DNA of 63,986 bases, filler included, from Circinaria calcarea (GCA_051942165.1; 6 parts of 6 records of this genome joined end to end with filler, not necessarily neighbours in it); one strand, 5' to 3'; shown: positions 1-11,710, counted from the first letter of the whole stretch. The notes: a model not told the origin generated them from the letters alone. Translations and numbers: made by a program.

Positions 1-2320
1 GTCGCTGAGATTGCCTTGGAGAACGGAGAACGTGTAGTTGATAGGCTATACCGACTGTCTTTTAAGATCCGCAATCCGGCGACAAGACTTGGCTTCACAA
101 AAGCTCGATATTATCGTCAAGTTGACCAGGATACAGGGATCAATCTAATTGATCAATTCACTATCTTCGATCATAAACATCTTGAGGAGGTCTTTGCCCA
201 ACTCCGTCACATATCATGTCACGATGCCAAGGAGAATTTTCTGGTTCAAAGATTAGCAAAAGCCAATACACGTCGCAGGCAGCAATTTCGGCAATGGAGG
301 AAGCATAGAGTCAAGCTTGAAACTGGCCATGAGCCTGCAACTGGGACCAGTGCCCTGAACCCGTCGACGTTGGAACGGCCGGGAAAAGTACAGCTCTTAG
401 AGATGATGTCTGGGCCTGGTCTGCTCGTACCTTCGATACCGTCAACAGCCACCCGCGTGGACCAAAGCAAGATTGACCTACATGACAACTCCTCCATTAT
501 CTCAAGCTCAACCTACGCCTTACTTAAGGAGTCCCCTCATGCACTAGCAATTCCACAACTCCCAAAGAACGTCCTTGAGAAGAAGGAATTCGAATGTCCA
601 TATTGCTGTGTGATATGCTCACAGCGGACAGGCAAAGAAGCATGGGAGTAAGATATAATTTATCTTATCCAATTGTGTCCAAATCAGCGAACGCTGACTT
701 AGTTGCCAAAGGAGCCACGTATTGAGGGACTTAAGACCCTACGTTTGTACTTATGCAGAATGCGTGGAAGCTGATCAACAATACGACAGTTTTAAGCAAT
801 GGGTCGCTCATGAGACCAACTGCCATAGAACCACTCGGCAATGCCCTGATCACCTACCAGAGAAGTTCTCCTCATTGGAGGCTTGGCGAGAGCACCTTAG
901 CGTCCAGCATCATAATAGTTCAAATACCGCTTTGTTTGAAGCCATTGAACCGATTACTACCCGGGGGGTAGTCAACAGATCATGCCCCATTTGTCTTGAT
1001 GCTAATGTAACCCTTAATCACATCGCAGTCCATCTCCAGAAAATCGCGCTCTTCGCTTTGCCTAGATCAACGGGCTCAGAAAATGATACGGGCCAAAACA
1101 GCGCATATTCATATAGAACTTATTCCGAGTCTCGAATGGATCAATTCGATGATCTAGAGGAACTATCGTTCTTCGACGGGGACAACGTTATGGATGATCG
1201 GCCGCTCGGACCTATCCACTTGCTAAACACTAAAGAATCGATCCCGGTATATGGCTTGTATCGCCTCGCCTCTAAGATTATACGAATACGGCGAATCAAC
1301 CGAATAATCGAACTTTTTACAGGTCTGCAAATCTCATTCGAAAGAGGACTGAAACTCCAATATCACCTTGACTCAGTGACGATAAGCACCGACGAGTGGG
1401 TAAAGCAACAACAGGATCAAAATGAACACGACGGTATGAGGGACTATACGAAGGAACAACAGGATCAAAGTAAGCACTATGAGTCTGTGGAAAGACTTCG
1501 GCGAGTGCTGCGCATAAGTGAGGAAGTGCATGGGACTGAGCATCCTAAAACACTAATAGCCTTGAATGATTTGGGAACGGCGCTAATAATGAAGGGCGAG
1601 TATGACGAGGCTATAAAGGTAAATCGGCGGGTGCTTGATATGAGAACCAAAGCGTTGGGGCTGGAGCATCCAGACACGCTGAGTAGTATGGAAAATTTGG
1701 CAACTATGTATGCGACCGTCATGAGATGGAACGAAGCTGAGGAGCTAGCAGTGCAAGTTATGAAGATATCTCAAAAGCTACTAGGAACGGACCATCCAAA
1801 CACAATGAACAGTATGGCCGAATTAGCGTTTATATACCAGAATCAAGAACGGCTGAAAGAAGCTGGGGAGCTAGCAGAGCAAGCCACAGAGGGGTTTCGA
1901 AAGCTACTAGGAACGGAGCATCCAAACACAATAAACAGTATGGCCAATTTATCGTCAATATACCAGGATCAAGGACGGCTAAAAGAAGCTGGGGAGCTTG
2001 CAGTGCAAGTTTGGGACACGAGTCAGAAGGTATTTGGACCAGATCATCGTAGTGCATTGAGAAATGCTGTCCGATTGATATCGATATACCGGATGTCAGG
2101 GCAATGGGTAGAAGCTGAGAAACTAGGGGTCTCAGTCATGGACAGAAGCAAGAGAGTACTAGGAACCAAGCATAAGGTCACAGTATGGATTATAACCGAA
2201 CTGGCGTTGGTATACAAGGGCCAAGGGCGGTTGAAAGAAGCCGAGCAGCTAGAGATGGAAGCTATGCAGACGAGTCCAAAGATCACGGGAACAGAGCAAC
2301 CCAACGTTTCTCATGGCTAG
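1..2320 (+). CDS. 5'-partial fungal C2H2-type (AcuF-like) zinc-finger protein with C-terminal kinesin-light-chain-type TPR repeats; intron 648-711
   Basis: ORFs 16-651 and 722-2320 join in frame across a GTAAGA...CTGAC...AAG intron, giving FECPYCCVIC...AWESHVLRDLRPYVCTYAEC. A further CPIC...HIAVH motif follows, then about 6-7 42-aa repeats of the type LGxEHPxTLxSMxNLAxxYxxQGRxxEAxEL. Confidence 0.85.
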
Positions 2321-3606
2321 TGGTCGCTCAGACTTACAAGCTTCGGGTTTTCGTCTGGAAGAAGGCAAGGAGCTAGGCGTGCAAGTGATGGACAAAAGGT
2401 AGGGGATATGGAGACTGGAACAACGCAAGCCCTCCAATTTCACGGAGTAACAGCGCATGTATCAGAGCAGCATACCGACGGGAGAAAGACTTTTCCGCTC
2501 TTTTCCTCTGCAAACGATGGGTTCACTCCGGTAGCTTCTACTAAAATAACTTCGGAGAAGAACGTTCGTCAATGACAATAACTGGCGATTAGTTGATCAC
2601 ATTGTCGATGTTGTTGGCGTAAGTGTAAAGTGTCCGCTAAACCGTCAGTCGTATTGTCCACTGGTCTGTATTGGTAATATCAAACGGTGTAGCTAAAGGT
2701 GTAGCCAACGGTACGACCCGAGCCTTTCGGTTCATAATGCTCACCACCAAATCGGTGCTTGTAATAACCAATAATAGGAACATATTCTTATAACTCCGGA
2801 AAAAACAGTATATTTAATAATCACCAAACCGGCAGTCTTTCACCCATCTACGTGTTGGAAGTCATAGACTTTACCTGTCCATGCTCTACACTCTCCACAC
2901 ACTCCATAAAAGCACTATTCGTAGCATAGGTAGTTATTAGTTAAATACACATAGCAATTCATACATGTTACCACACATGCTGCTCAATACTTCCCAGCCA
3001 ATATGCATCAGAAGCTGCCTAAGCTAATCTCCTTGTTCGATTTCTCTATCATGACCCTATCGTCGACCAACCCAAAATCACCACAGCGCGGCGAACAATA
3101 TTTTCCCGGTCTAGAAAAGAACCTTGGTTATCTAATTGGCAAGTGGGGAATTGATGGTATAAAGATATAAAAGTAGATGAACAGCTATGTAGCAGAAGAA
3201 GTGCAAGCGATAGACTTCAGATCACTAGCAAAAAAATCAAATTTCTAAATATGCGTGTCAGGGCTGCATATAAGAACTGAGTTTAACGCCCAGGGATATA
3301 TAAAAGGAGAAATAGGAGGGGGGAAATCATAAACCAGACCCACCAAAGAGTAGCGCTATCGGGATTTGAATCCCATTCTAGGGATTATCCCCTCCACATT
3401 TCGATCGCGCTCCCGCGGCTTTCACGAAGGGGGAAACTCTTAGAGTTGCAATCATGGCATAATGCGAATGTATTGGCATCAAGATAATTTGGTGGTATCC
3501 CATATTTTCTATGAAGAAGGAAGAACAATGTGGGCATAGCCCTTGGATACCATAATCGTAAAGAAATCAACTGCTTATTTCCCACTACCCTGTGATATCT
3601 ATCGCG

Positions 3607-6243
3607 TCACTGCAATAAGATGTTCTCGAATTCTAGCCCCTCCATGTTGATTGTATCTTCTTGTATAAGGCCATGGATGTAAGCATCACCGACTAGAATA
3701 TATGCGATCCCCATTCTTCTGACAACAAAAGATGCCTTGCACCCTTGGAAGACGCAGATGTTGTCGCCCACTGCTGCCGGAAGGGGAAGAAGTCCCATGT
3801 AGCCTTGATGGGTGATACCGAATCGACGCTTGTCTAGACACGTATTCCGGCTCCGGGCATATCCATCTAGATTTCACCTTTCTCCTAATTTTGAACCTCC
3901 GAAGCCTAAGATATTTTCTCCTTCTTTCCGGGACTGACGATCTCGCACTTTTGCCTCCTCATATAAAGTCTTGGGATCCCCGAAAAAAGTATCTCCCAAG
4001 GTGCTGTTATTTGCAATAAGGATTCTAGCATAAGCATCCTGAAGGTTTGTCGTATATTTATTTAGAGGCTTTTCGGTAGACGCTAATAAATCACAGGCTG
4101 CAGCGTCAAATTCAGAGAAGGTTTGAAAGGAGGTATCTGATGATCCAGACCAATCCAATCCATTAGTGGCGGAATTAACAGTATCAATTATCACGCCTTT
4201 GGCTGTTATAATTAAAGGATCGTCCGTAAGCACCACTTCCGCATTATATTCTTTCCCCAGATTAGATTTCTCGAGGTGGCAATTTAAAGCAGTACTTGTT
4301 CGCTGGCCAAAGTTGTATTCAGGGAAATCTGTGTTGAAACTCCAATCGGGGACCCAAGATGGAACTTCTAAAGACGTCCTATTTAAACCCGCCTCGCAGA
4401 TGAGATCAATACCTTGCCCTTGAGAAAGAAAATACTTGGCAAATTCGTGGTAAGTGTATATATCCGGCTTAGTATAATCCGGTACTGGTGTCTTCTCCAC
4501 GTCCGTAGCTAAACCACGAAAGGCGTAAATCTTATCTCTCCCGTCAGTTGTGTGAAGATCCCGAAATGCGCTCAACAGCTTAATTAATGGATAGTGTTTT
4601 CCAGGAGTTTTAAGATGGGCGGTATTATGCAAAAGCTTTTTACCCCTTTGACCCCAGAGCTCATTATTGCTGAATCTCGGCATTATTTCAAAATGAAAGA
4701 CTTGGTCTGCGTCGACCAGGTCCGTCCATTTAGTAAGACGTCCGGAGCAGAGAACCGAGACGTTAGCATTTGCTGCAACCTCTTGGACGATCCATCCTCG
4801 AGAGAACCATGGATGCGTACGAAACATCCTCCACGATGACCATGACTTGTGATGTATAGGAGGTATTCCGAACTTCCGCAAATCTGCTATGTCTAGTCGA
4901 GCACGATCAGGCCTAACGGCTCTTAAAACGCTCTTCGTAAGTGACAAAATGCGCACCAGAATTAGCCAGTCAGTGTCATGAGAATGAGGTTGTGGATGTT
5001 TTGTGAAAACGGCTCCTAAGTGAACCACCACGCTCCTGGCTTGCCGGTAAATACGATTCATCATTACAATCTGCTGACCACGCTCTTGTGGGTCTAGTTG
5101 GTTGATGCAAATCTGATCGGCCCAAACGACCTGATAAGAATGCTGCCGAAGCTCATGAAGTGCCACGAAAAGATTTCTGGTAACGGGAATCTCCCTACCA
5201 TCTGCATACAGAATGCCAAAATTCCGCTCATTCGAGCCCCATAAGTATGAGAGCGCGACGTAATCTGGTTTCTTATCCAGTGAAGCAGTGAAGATCTCAA
5301 CAACCAACGGATCATTTATTGACATTGCAGGATAGATGCGTAACAATCGTATCTCACTATTAAATGAATCTAGGGTTGAGTCTAAGAACTCATAGGTAGC
5401 ACGGCGCAAAGTCAGCGTCTTAGACGCTCCCTGGAATATTTTTTGCTCCAATGCGGCGTGATAGCTTCTATCTCTGAAATCATCTTGATTCACACAGATT
5501 GCTTCTACCCACAGAGTAGTATTTTCTGACAAATTAAGTGACTTGAGAGCACTGTAGACAACCGGTGTAAGAGCTAAAGCTTTTCCATTTAATTTAAATT
5601 GGACCTCCCCTTGGGTAGCTTCTCCAGGCATGGAATAGTTGTCACGCAATACTGTAAATGCTGGACTGTCTCGTAACGAGACTATACGAAAATGAAACTG
5701 TAGTCCAGTATGCTCATGGTCGGTGGGTTGCAGCTCTAACAGACGTATCTGGTCTACTTCTGTAAGAAGAGGATACTCAAGTAGAGCAAGGGGTTTTAGC
5801 GACGGTGATAGAAATCGCCTTGATACTTGCTGGTAGATGGCTGGAGCTAGCTTGATTTGATTTTCATATTCGTCGAGGTTCCGGTGATCGACGCACACTT
5901 CCTTCATCCATATCCATTGCCAACCAAACTCGCGAAGTTGGTGCAGCCCAGAATACATATATTCTGTTACCGGGAATAAGTGTCCATCAAATAGCAGGAC
6001 ATGGTCGGATGGTGAAATGGTCTCGACTAACTCGGCGACGGCGTAAGCTGAATTGGTACCCATCTGAACTACATGTAAACTGCATTCAATCAAGTCGTAA
6101 GGGGAACCAGCTGGCTGAAGATGTAAAAGGCGGAACTCGTGGGCTTTGCCGCGGAGTGATGGATATGCGTAGGCATTTGTGGATTCCAAGATGGTATCCT
6201 TGGCCACTGACGGTGAGGGCATGATGGTGTCCGCTAGTGCCAT
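3607..6243 (-). CDS. HET-domain (HET-6-like) heterokaryon-incompatibility protein with triplicated N-terminal HET module, interrupted by one in-frame TGA at 3874-3876 (possible pseudo-allele)
   Basis: Motifs EIRLLRIYP, YVALSYLWG, VWADQICINQ, ERGQQIVMMNRIYRQA, PWFSRGWIVQE and DGRDKIYA. The C-terminal RRFGITHQGYMGL...GDNICVFQG...LVGDAYIHG continues in the same frame after the TGA. The start was chosen as the ATG at 6243. Confidence 0.88.
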
Positions 6244-6771
6244 GGTGAGTAACAGGATTGTAGAATAGAAAGAGGAATGTCTTGTAAAAACTATGAGATA
6301 TTTTGATTTCGTCGAATAGTAATGGGAAGTCGAGAGCAGGCAGACATCATGCACTACGCTTAGCGCAATTAGTAATCTCGCGGCATGAGGTATTTGGCAC
6401 GCATCCACGCTGTCTGCGGTACGGCCGAGCCTTTCAATTCGGCTTTCTGGGCCTGGATTTTAGAATACATCTTACTCTGTGCCGTAGCTTACGAGGTACT
6501 TTTTCTAGGACGAAGCATGCTGACGCTTATCGCTTACTGCCTCGTCAGCACACTTACGATTTAGTTTTTATATTTACTACCTCAGCAATGTAGTCTATTA
6601 TATCGGGGATCCTATGGATTCTCCGGGGTAAATGTGGTGAGTATCCATCTTGCCGGTGACTCTTGGTCCCCTTAGTGTCTTTGGTTATTCTCTACATAAT
6701 CTTATCTTTATTGAAGATTGCATGGGAAAAGGGGTATATGGTCACTACTAGCAAACTGCCAAAACATTACC

Positions 6772-8232
6772 ATGTCGGAATCAGCGCTCGTCGGGCAGCC
6801 GCCCAGGACTCCTAATGACCGGTTGATCTACAGAGCTCTATTGGTCATATTACCCTCCTCAATCAACCCGGACAGGAGATATCCCTTTGGACCTCCTGCT
6901 CCACCCGGCGCGAGCCATGAGAGCCGGGAGGCGGGTATGATAGTCGGTTCTGCGTTTGCCATCGCCTTTGTCACACTCATCACAGCAACTCGCCTGATTG
7001 TCCGAAAAAGAAACCACCATTTCGGCTTGGATGACTGGGTCATTATCCCGGCGGCAGTAGGAAACCATCTCGTCCAGATGATTGCGCGCAGGTGATGGCT
7101 GACTCTGCTAGATTGGCTGCGGAGCATATCTGAGTCTCGACATTGCTTCGGCGTCCGCAGGTTGTATAGGGAACCACCTGTATGACTGCACGTATGATGG
7201 CCTGGCCACATTCATATTGGCAAGTATCTCCCGCGAGAAGGAGTCACCCTGTAGCTTCTGGATGTCGCCTCCTTACTAATGGGGGTTATTTATGCAGCTA
7301 GCCCGTATCCAATTTCCCATCTTCTACTTTACAGTCTTCTCTGTCAAGATCTCCATCGTCCTGCAGAACCGCCGCATAACCGGGTTAACCTCCAAAAAGT
7401 GGAGGATCGCGCACTATATGTACCTGGCTCTTCTCGTATGCCTCCTCCCAATTTGCATGTTCCTGAACATGTTTTCGTGCTCTCCGATTGCCGCTGCGTA
7501 CACACTACAGTCGATTGGCTCGTTGGCAGATCCCAGAACAATCAAATGTCTAGACCGAGGCGGTATCAGTCTTGCCACCAGGACAGTGCATATTGTTACC
7601 GACTGGCTTCTGCTTCCGGTACCTCTGATCATCATCTTTCGCCTCCAATTGCCCCTCAAAAAGAAGCTGCGCTTGGCTTTCGTCTTCTGCATCGGCCTCG
7701 TCTCATCCATTGCGTCGGTAGTCAGAAATTTCTTGGTTACAGAGGTTACCACTGACCTCCCCTGTGAGTTCTTCCTCTGCTATGTGGAAACAACACCGCT
7801 AATCTGGAGGTACAATCAGACGACTATTACGATATTTACGCCTGGAATATTGTCGACATTGCCTTCGCCACGATAGTTGCATCTCTCCCAGCCCTGAACT
7901 CCTTGGAAGATACTCTCATCCGGAGGGTGAAGCAGTGGAGCATTGGATTAAATCTCAGCGGTTCGTCGAGCTTCCTCTCCAAGTTCCTCACCTTGAGCTC
8001 GCGAGCCATCAAGCGGAATCCGCCTTCGGAAGATATTGCTGAGTCCAGCATGAACGGCAAGTACTCCAACAAGTCTTCGGATTCCTTTGATCCCATAATC
8101 CATCGACAGATTGATGTGGAATTGGAGACAAGTTCTGCGCACACGGGAGGCGAAGAGGCGAACGGAGGTATTTTCATTGGAGCTGCGGATAAGGTAAAGG
8201 TACATCTGCTAGAGGGCCAACATATGGTGTGA
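6772..8232 (+). CDS. PTH11-like fungal rhodopsin-family integral membrane protein (no CFEM domain seen); introns 7057-7111, 7220-7297 (GC-AG), 7764-7819
   Basis: Family motifs RLIVR...FGLDDW, VKISIVL, HIVTDWLLLPVPLIIIFRLQLPLKKKLRL, SSIASVVR and TIVASLPAL. Exon phases are consistent. Confidence 0.85.
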
Positions 8233-8449
8233 TTACCGGAAATATAGTTTTAGTCTCTCGTAATCGAAAACTAGCAGGTTGGAATTTTTATGAAAGAATA
8301 ACGCAATACCCGTACTTCGGATTTGCACGATAGAGGCTAGACTTGCGAATCTATACCCTCGGTAGTCGTAACCCTACTTTGCTTCTGACTGAACCTGCCA
8401 CCGTTTCCAAGGAGCATCGTATCGTATTGTTCACGAGCTAGCTCGTCTC

Positions 8450-9496
8450 CTATAAATCAAAAGCCCTCTTCAGGAGGAAGTAGAATCTTCCGGTTATCAT
8501 CCCCTTCAAACAAAGTCTTCCCCCCTCCCTTCCCACGCGCATCCGCCGTATCCTCGTACTCGACCCAAATATCAAACTTGGCCCCGGCCGCCTTGAATAC
8601 ATCCTCCCACATAGCTCGAAAAGTGTCAAACGCTGTACCGGTAGACAAATCCTCTTCTCGCCTTCCTTGAAAAAAGGGAAGGGTGGCCGAAGCAGAAAAG
8701 TCCCTCGGCTTAACCAAGCCCATTCACGCGCACCGATGATCCAACTGCCCGGCTTCGGCGACAGTAGCTTCAGGATGCGTTTGCACGCGCGGACCTGGTC
8801 GTCGAGATCCCACACGTGCAGGAACATGAAAATGCTAATGACGGACCATGTTCCCTCGGTCGGGACCACGGGCCCTTCCTCCTCATCAAACATGTCCGCC
8901 GTAATGAACTTGTCAACGAAGGTATCCTTGTCTTGGAACAGCTCGTGCCCGGCCGCTTCGAAATTTCGGCAAAAGATGTCGGAGCCGTGGATGTGCGCCG
9001 ATAAGGGGACGCCATCGTAGACGAGCTTGCCCAGATCCTTATGGTACCGAGGCAGGTAGCCGAGATCGAGGAAGGTGGTAGTGGGGTCATCACGAAGGCG
9101 CGAGAGAAGGAGGGTGTAGGATGGGTGGGCACGGAGTGGGCAAAAAAAAAGCCAAAGAAACCAAAACTCACCCGATATGGTACAACGGCCATGGTGAGAT
9201 TTCCCAGGCGGTATCACGCTGAAGAGACAGGGGAAAGGGAACTTAGCCAACGTTTTCTGCAAATCACGCAGCCTTCAAATCCGTAGTAGAAGAGGAAGAG
9301 GATTCTCATTCACTAGGGGCGTGCGTACAGCTCTGTAGATGTGCCCTTCGACTGCTTCTCGGGGGGGGGCAATCCCACTATACTTTTCGAGCAGATCTCG
9401 AGCCAACGGAGTGATCTTATCCCCGACATCTTTCTGATACCAGGGCCAGTTCTTTGAGCGGGAAATTTCAAGCTCGTGAGGGTTTTGTGGAGGCAT
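8450..9496 (-). pseudogene. SAM-dependent methyltransferase-like gene (fungal AusD/Trt5-like family), frameshifted
   Basis: ARDLLEKYSGI, FPFPCL, FLDLG...DLGKLVYDG, GHELFQDKD and FLHVWDLDDQVRACKRI are spread over several frames. The C-terminus switches frame at least twice. Confidence 0.7.
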
Positions 9497-10281
9497 TGTG
9501 TGTACTCTTTTTTGGCGGGGAAGTGCAGTGAAGCTGACAGTGGGGAGTGAGGTGTAAATCAACAAACTTGATAGGTATATATACCGAAAAGGAAATTTTG
9601 TTACTTTACGTTTTCTTAGGGTATGATATGTAAAGGGGGACTGACTAAGTTAAGTTGGCCCGTTCTGAAGCAAGCATATATCTCCTATTAGTCCCAAGAG
9701 CAGGGGACTCCATATGATATGATAGCGCATTAGGGCTTAAGATAGGAGTTTGTATTGTAAGCCCGTCTTAACCGCAAAGAAGATCCCATTTATCCAAGCT
9801 TTCCAAACCATGACTTTATAGAGCCTCCTGATCCTTATGAGTGAAGCGGCGACGAAAGGTGCGGCGAGGCTTTTACCATATGACTTCTAGGACCTTTGAC
9901 TCACCTTGATATTTTTGCTTGGTACGCAAGATTCACGGACGCTCTGGTTTTATGGAAACAGGATATTAGGAATAAATATATTGGATTGATTTGTATCAGC
10001 CTTGCTAGAATCATCATCGTAACTTGACAACGTTTGACCATGTGGGCACAGGCTTCCCTTGCCAGTTGAGTCCAGCTTGATGGCCCTCCAAGCCCATGAT
10101 GATCATTATCAATTGGCATGTTCCGTAGGAAGCTAATCCATCCATGAGATGAGCATGCAGAGCCACCCAGGCCGACACAGCTTCACATTCCGCGAAGCTC
10201 CATTTTTACGTTCCACAGCAAACGAATCTGTCATGGAAGCACAATTACACAGACGAGCCCCAATGCATACCCGCCTTCCGA

Positions 10282-10659
10282 TTAGCCCAACCTCTCGAAT
10301 CTCTCCTTGGCCTTATCTTTCGTCCTTTCTAGAAAGTCAGTGTATCCCCCTTTGGTATTCCTCTCCGCCTCCTCTGTTGCATCTCCTATCTTTCCACCTT
10401 GTGCTCCTAAACCGACACCCTGCACATACATATCCGTGGCTATCGGGGCGACCATACCTGTACCCTGAGCACCCAAACCTTCACCAGCTGCCCAGCCCAT
10501 TTTGCCAAGGAGAGAGGCACCCTTGGAAGGCGGAGTTGGTGCATCGTTGGGTTCTGACGCAGGTGGTGAGGCTTGAGAAGAGGCGGTTTTCTTCCTTGGA
10601 AGGGAAATCTTCTTAGAGGCACCGAAAGCTGCACGGCGTTCTCTGGCGCGGTCACGATA
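10282..10659 (-). CDS. 3' end of G-patch RNA-binding protein (RBM5/RBM10-like), 5'-truncated by contig end
   Basis: RDRARERRAAFG...SKGASLLGKMGWAAGEGLGAQGTGMVAPI...GVGLG, a G-patch at the C-terminus. Confidence 0.8.
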   Translation of the reverse strand, partial: YRDRARERRAAFGASKKISLPRKKTASSQASPPASEPNDAPTPPSKGASLLGKMGWAAGEGLGAQGTGMVAPIATDMYVQGVGLGAQGGKIGDATEEAERNTKGGYTDFLERTKDKAKERFERLG

Positions 10660-10759
10660 NNNNNNNNNNNNNNNNNNNNNNNNNNNNNNNNNNNNNNNNN
10701 NNNTTAATTAATTAANNNNNNNNNNNNNNNNNNNNNNNNNNNNNNNNNNNNNNNNNNNN
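10660..10759. other. Artificial contig linker (44 N + TTAATTAATTAA + 44 N)
   Basis: Identical 100-bp spacer with stops in all six frames; genes are truncated on both sides. Confidence 0.99.
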
Positions 10760-11710
10760 TATGTTTCCGCTGTACAACATATTCAGCGCTGCCCTTTTCT
10801 CACAGGCGTTGTTGACGCTTGTCAAGGACCTACTTTTCCCAATGAACTTTGCAAAACCAAAATCGACCAGCTTTAGATGCCCCTGTGCGTCTATCAGGAT
10901 ATTCTCTGGCTTGAGATCGCGATATGCAATGCCTTGCACCTCATGGAGGAATTCCAGAATGAGAACAATCTCGGCAGCGAAGAAACGGGACGTGGTCTCA
11001 TTGAATCGTCGTGCTCTTCGTAAATATGTAAAGACTTCACCGCCAGGGCAATAGTCGAGCTATCTCCGGTCAGCCAACCCTAACCCAGCATCGGAGGACC
11101 TGCATATACCAGCATATATAAACATTCCTTATCGGAGAAGGTGGTGATGAGTGTGGTGATGAAAGGATGCCCAGCAACGGCAGCGAGCGTATTTCGTTCG
11201 TTGCGCACATGCTCAACTTGCTTCAAACGTATAACTACATAGATTCAGCTCCTTCTTGCGTATATCTTTTCTCGAATCGGCTTAGAACGGCTTACTATCG
11301 ACCTTTCGGATGATCTTCAGGGCAAAGACCTTATCACGGTCTTCCTTGGATGGGCTGGCCAGTCGAGCTAGCCATACGCGCGCAAAAGTTCCTGCGGTTG
11401 TTCTTCGTCAAATCTAGGCTATGATTCTGTAGGGAAAGCGCAGACCTGTTCCAATGGTCTTGAGCAAGTCAAAGTCCTTTAGCTGAAGATGCCGCGATGG
11501 ATGGCCGAGCTGCTTGTGCTTAGGGTCCTCTGCAATCTTCTCAGTTGGCAATGAGCTCCCATTACTATCTTTGAAGTTGGCGATGAAGCGCTTCTCCTTT
11601 TGCTTTGGGTTCTGCTTCTCCTCGCTGCTGTGGGAGACTGATCGCCGAGGCGCATTGCTACCGAGCAGTTTGCTGGGAAGTATCGTTTGTATTGCTGCTG
11701 CTGCTGCCAT
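10760..11710 (-). CDS. cAMP-dependent protein kinase catalytic subunit-like (PkaC2/PRKX-type), multi-exon, 3'-truncated
   Basis: [70 protein letters not shown]. Confidence 0.93.

Noticed and set aside
3350..3440. GGGATTTGAATCCC hairpin resembling a tRNA T-arm
   Set aside because: No acceptor stem, D-arm or anticodon arm could be built on either strand.
6244..6408. N-terminal extensions of ORF calls from non-ATG starts (also 28078-28365)
   Set aside because: This is a eukaryotic genome; GTG/TTG starts from the ORF track are not credible, so downstream ATGs were used.
10704..10715. TTAATTAATTAA recurring every ~10.7 kb as a possible biological repeat or CRISPR-like array
   Set aside because: It is always embedded in exactly 44+44 Ns; this is a synthetic six-frame-stop contig spacer.
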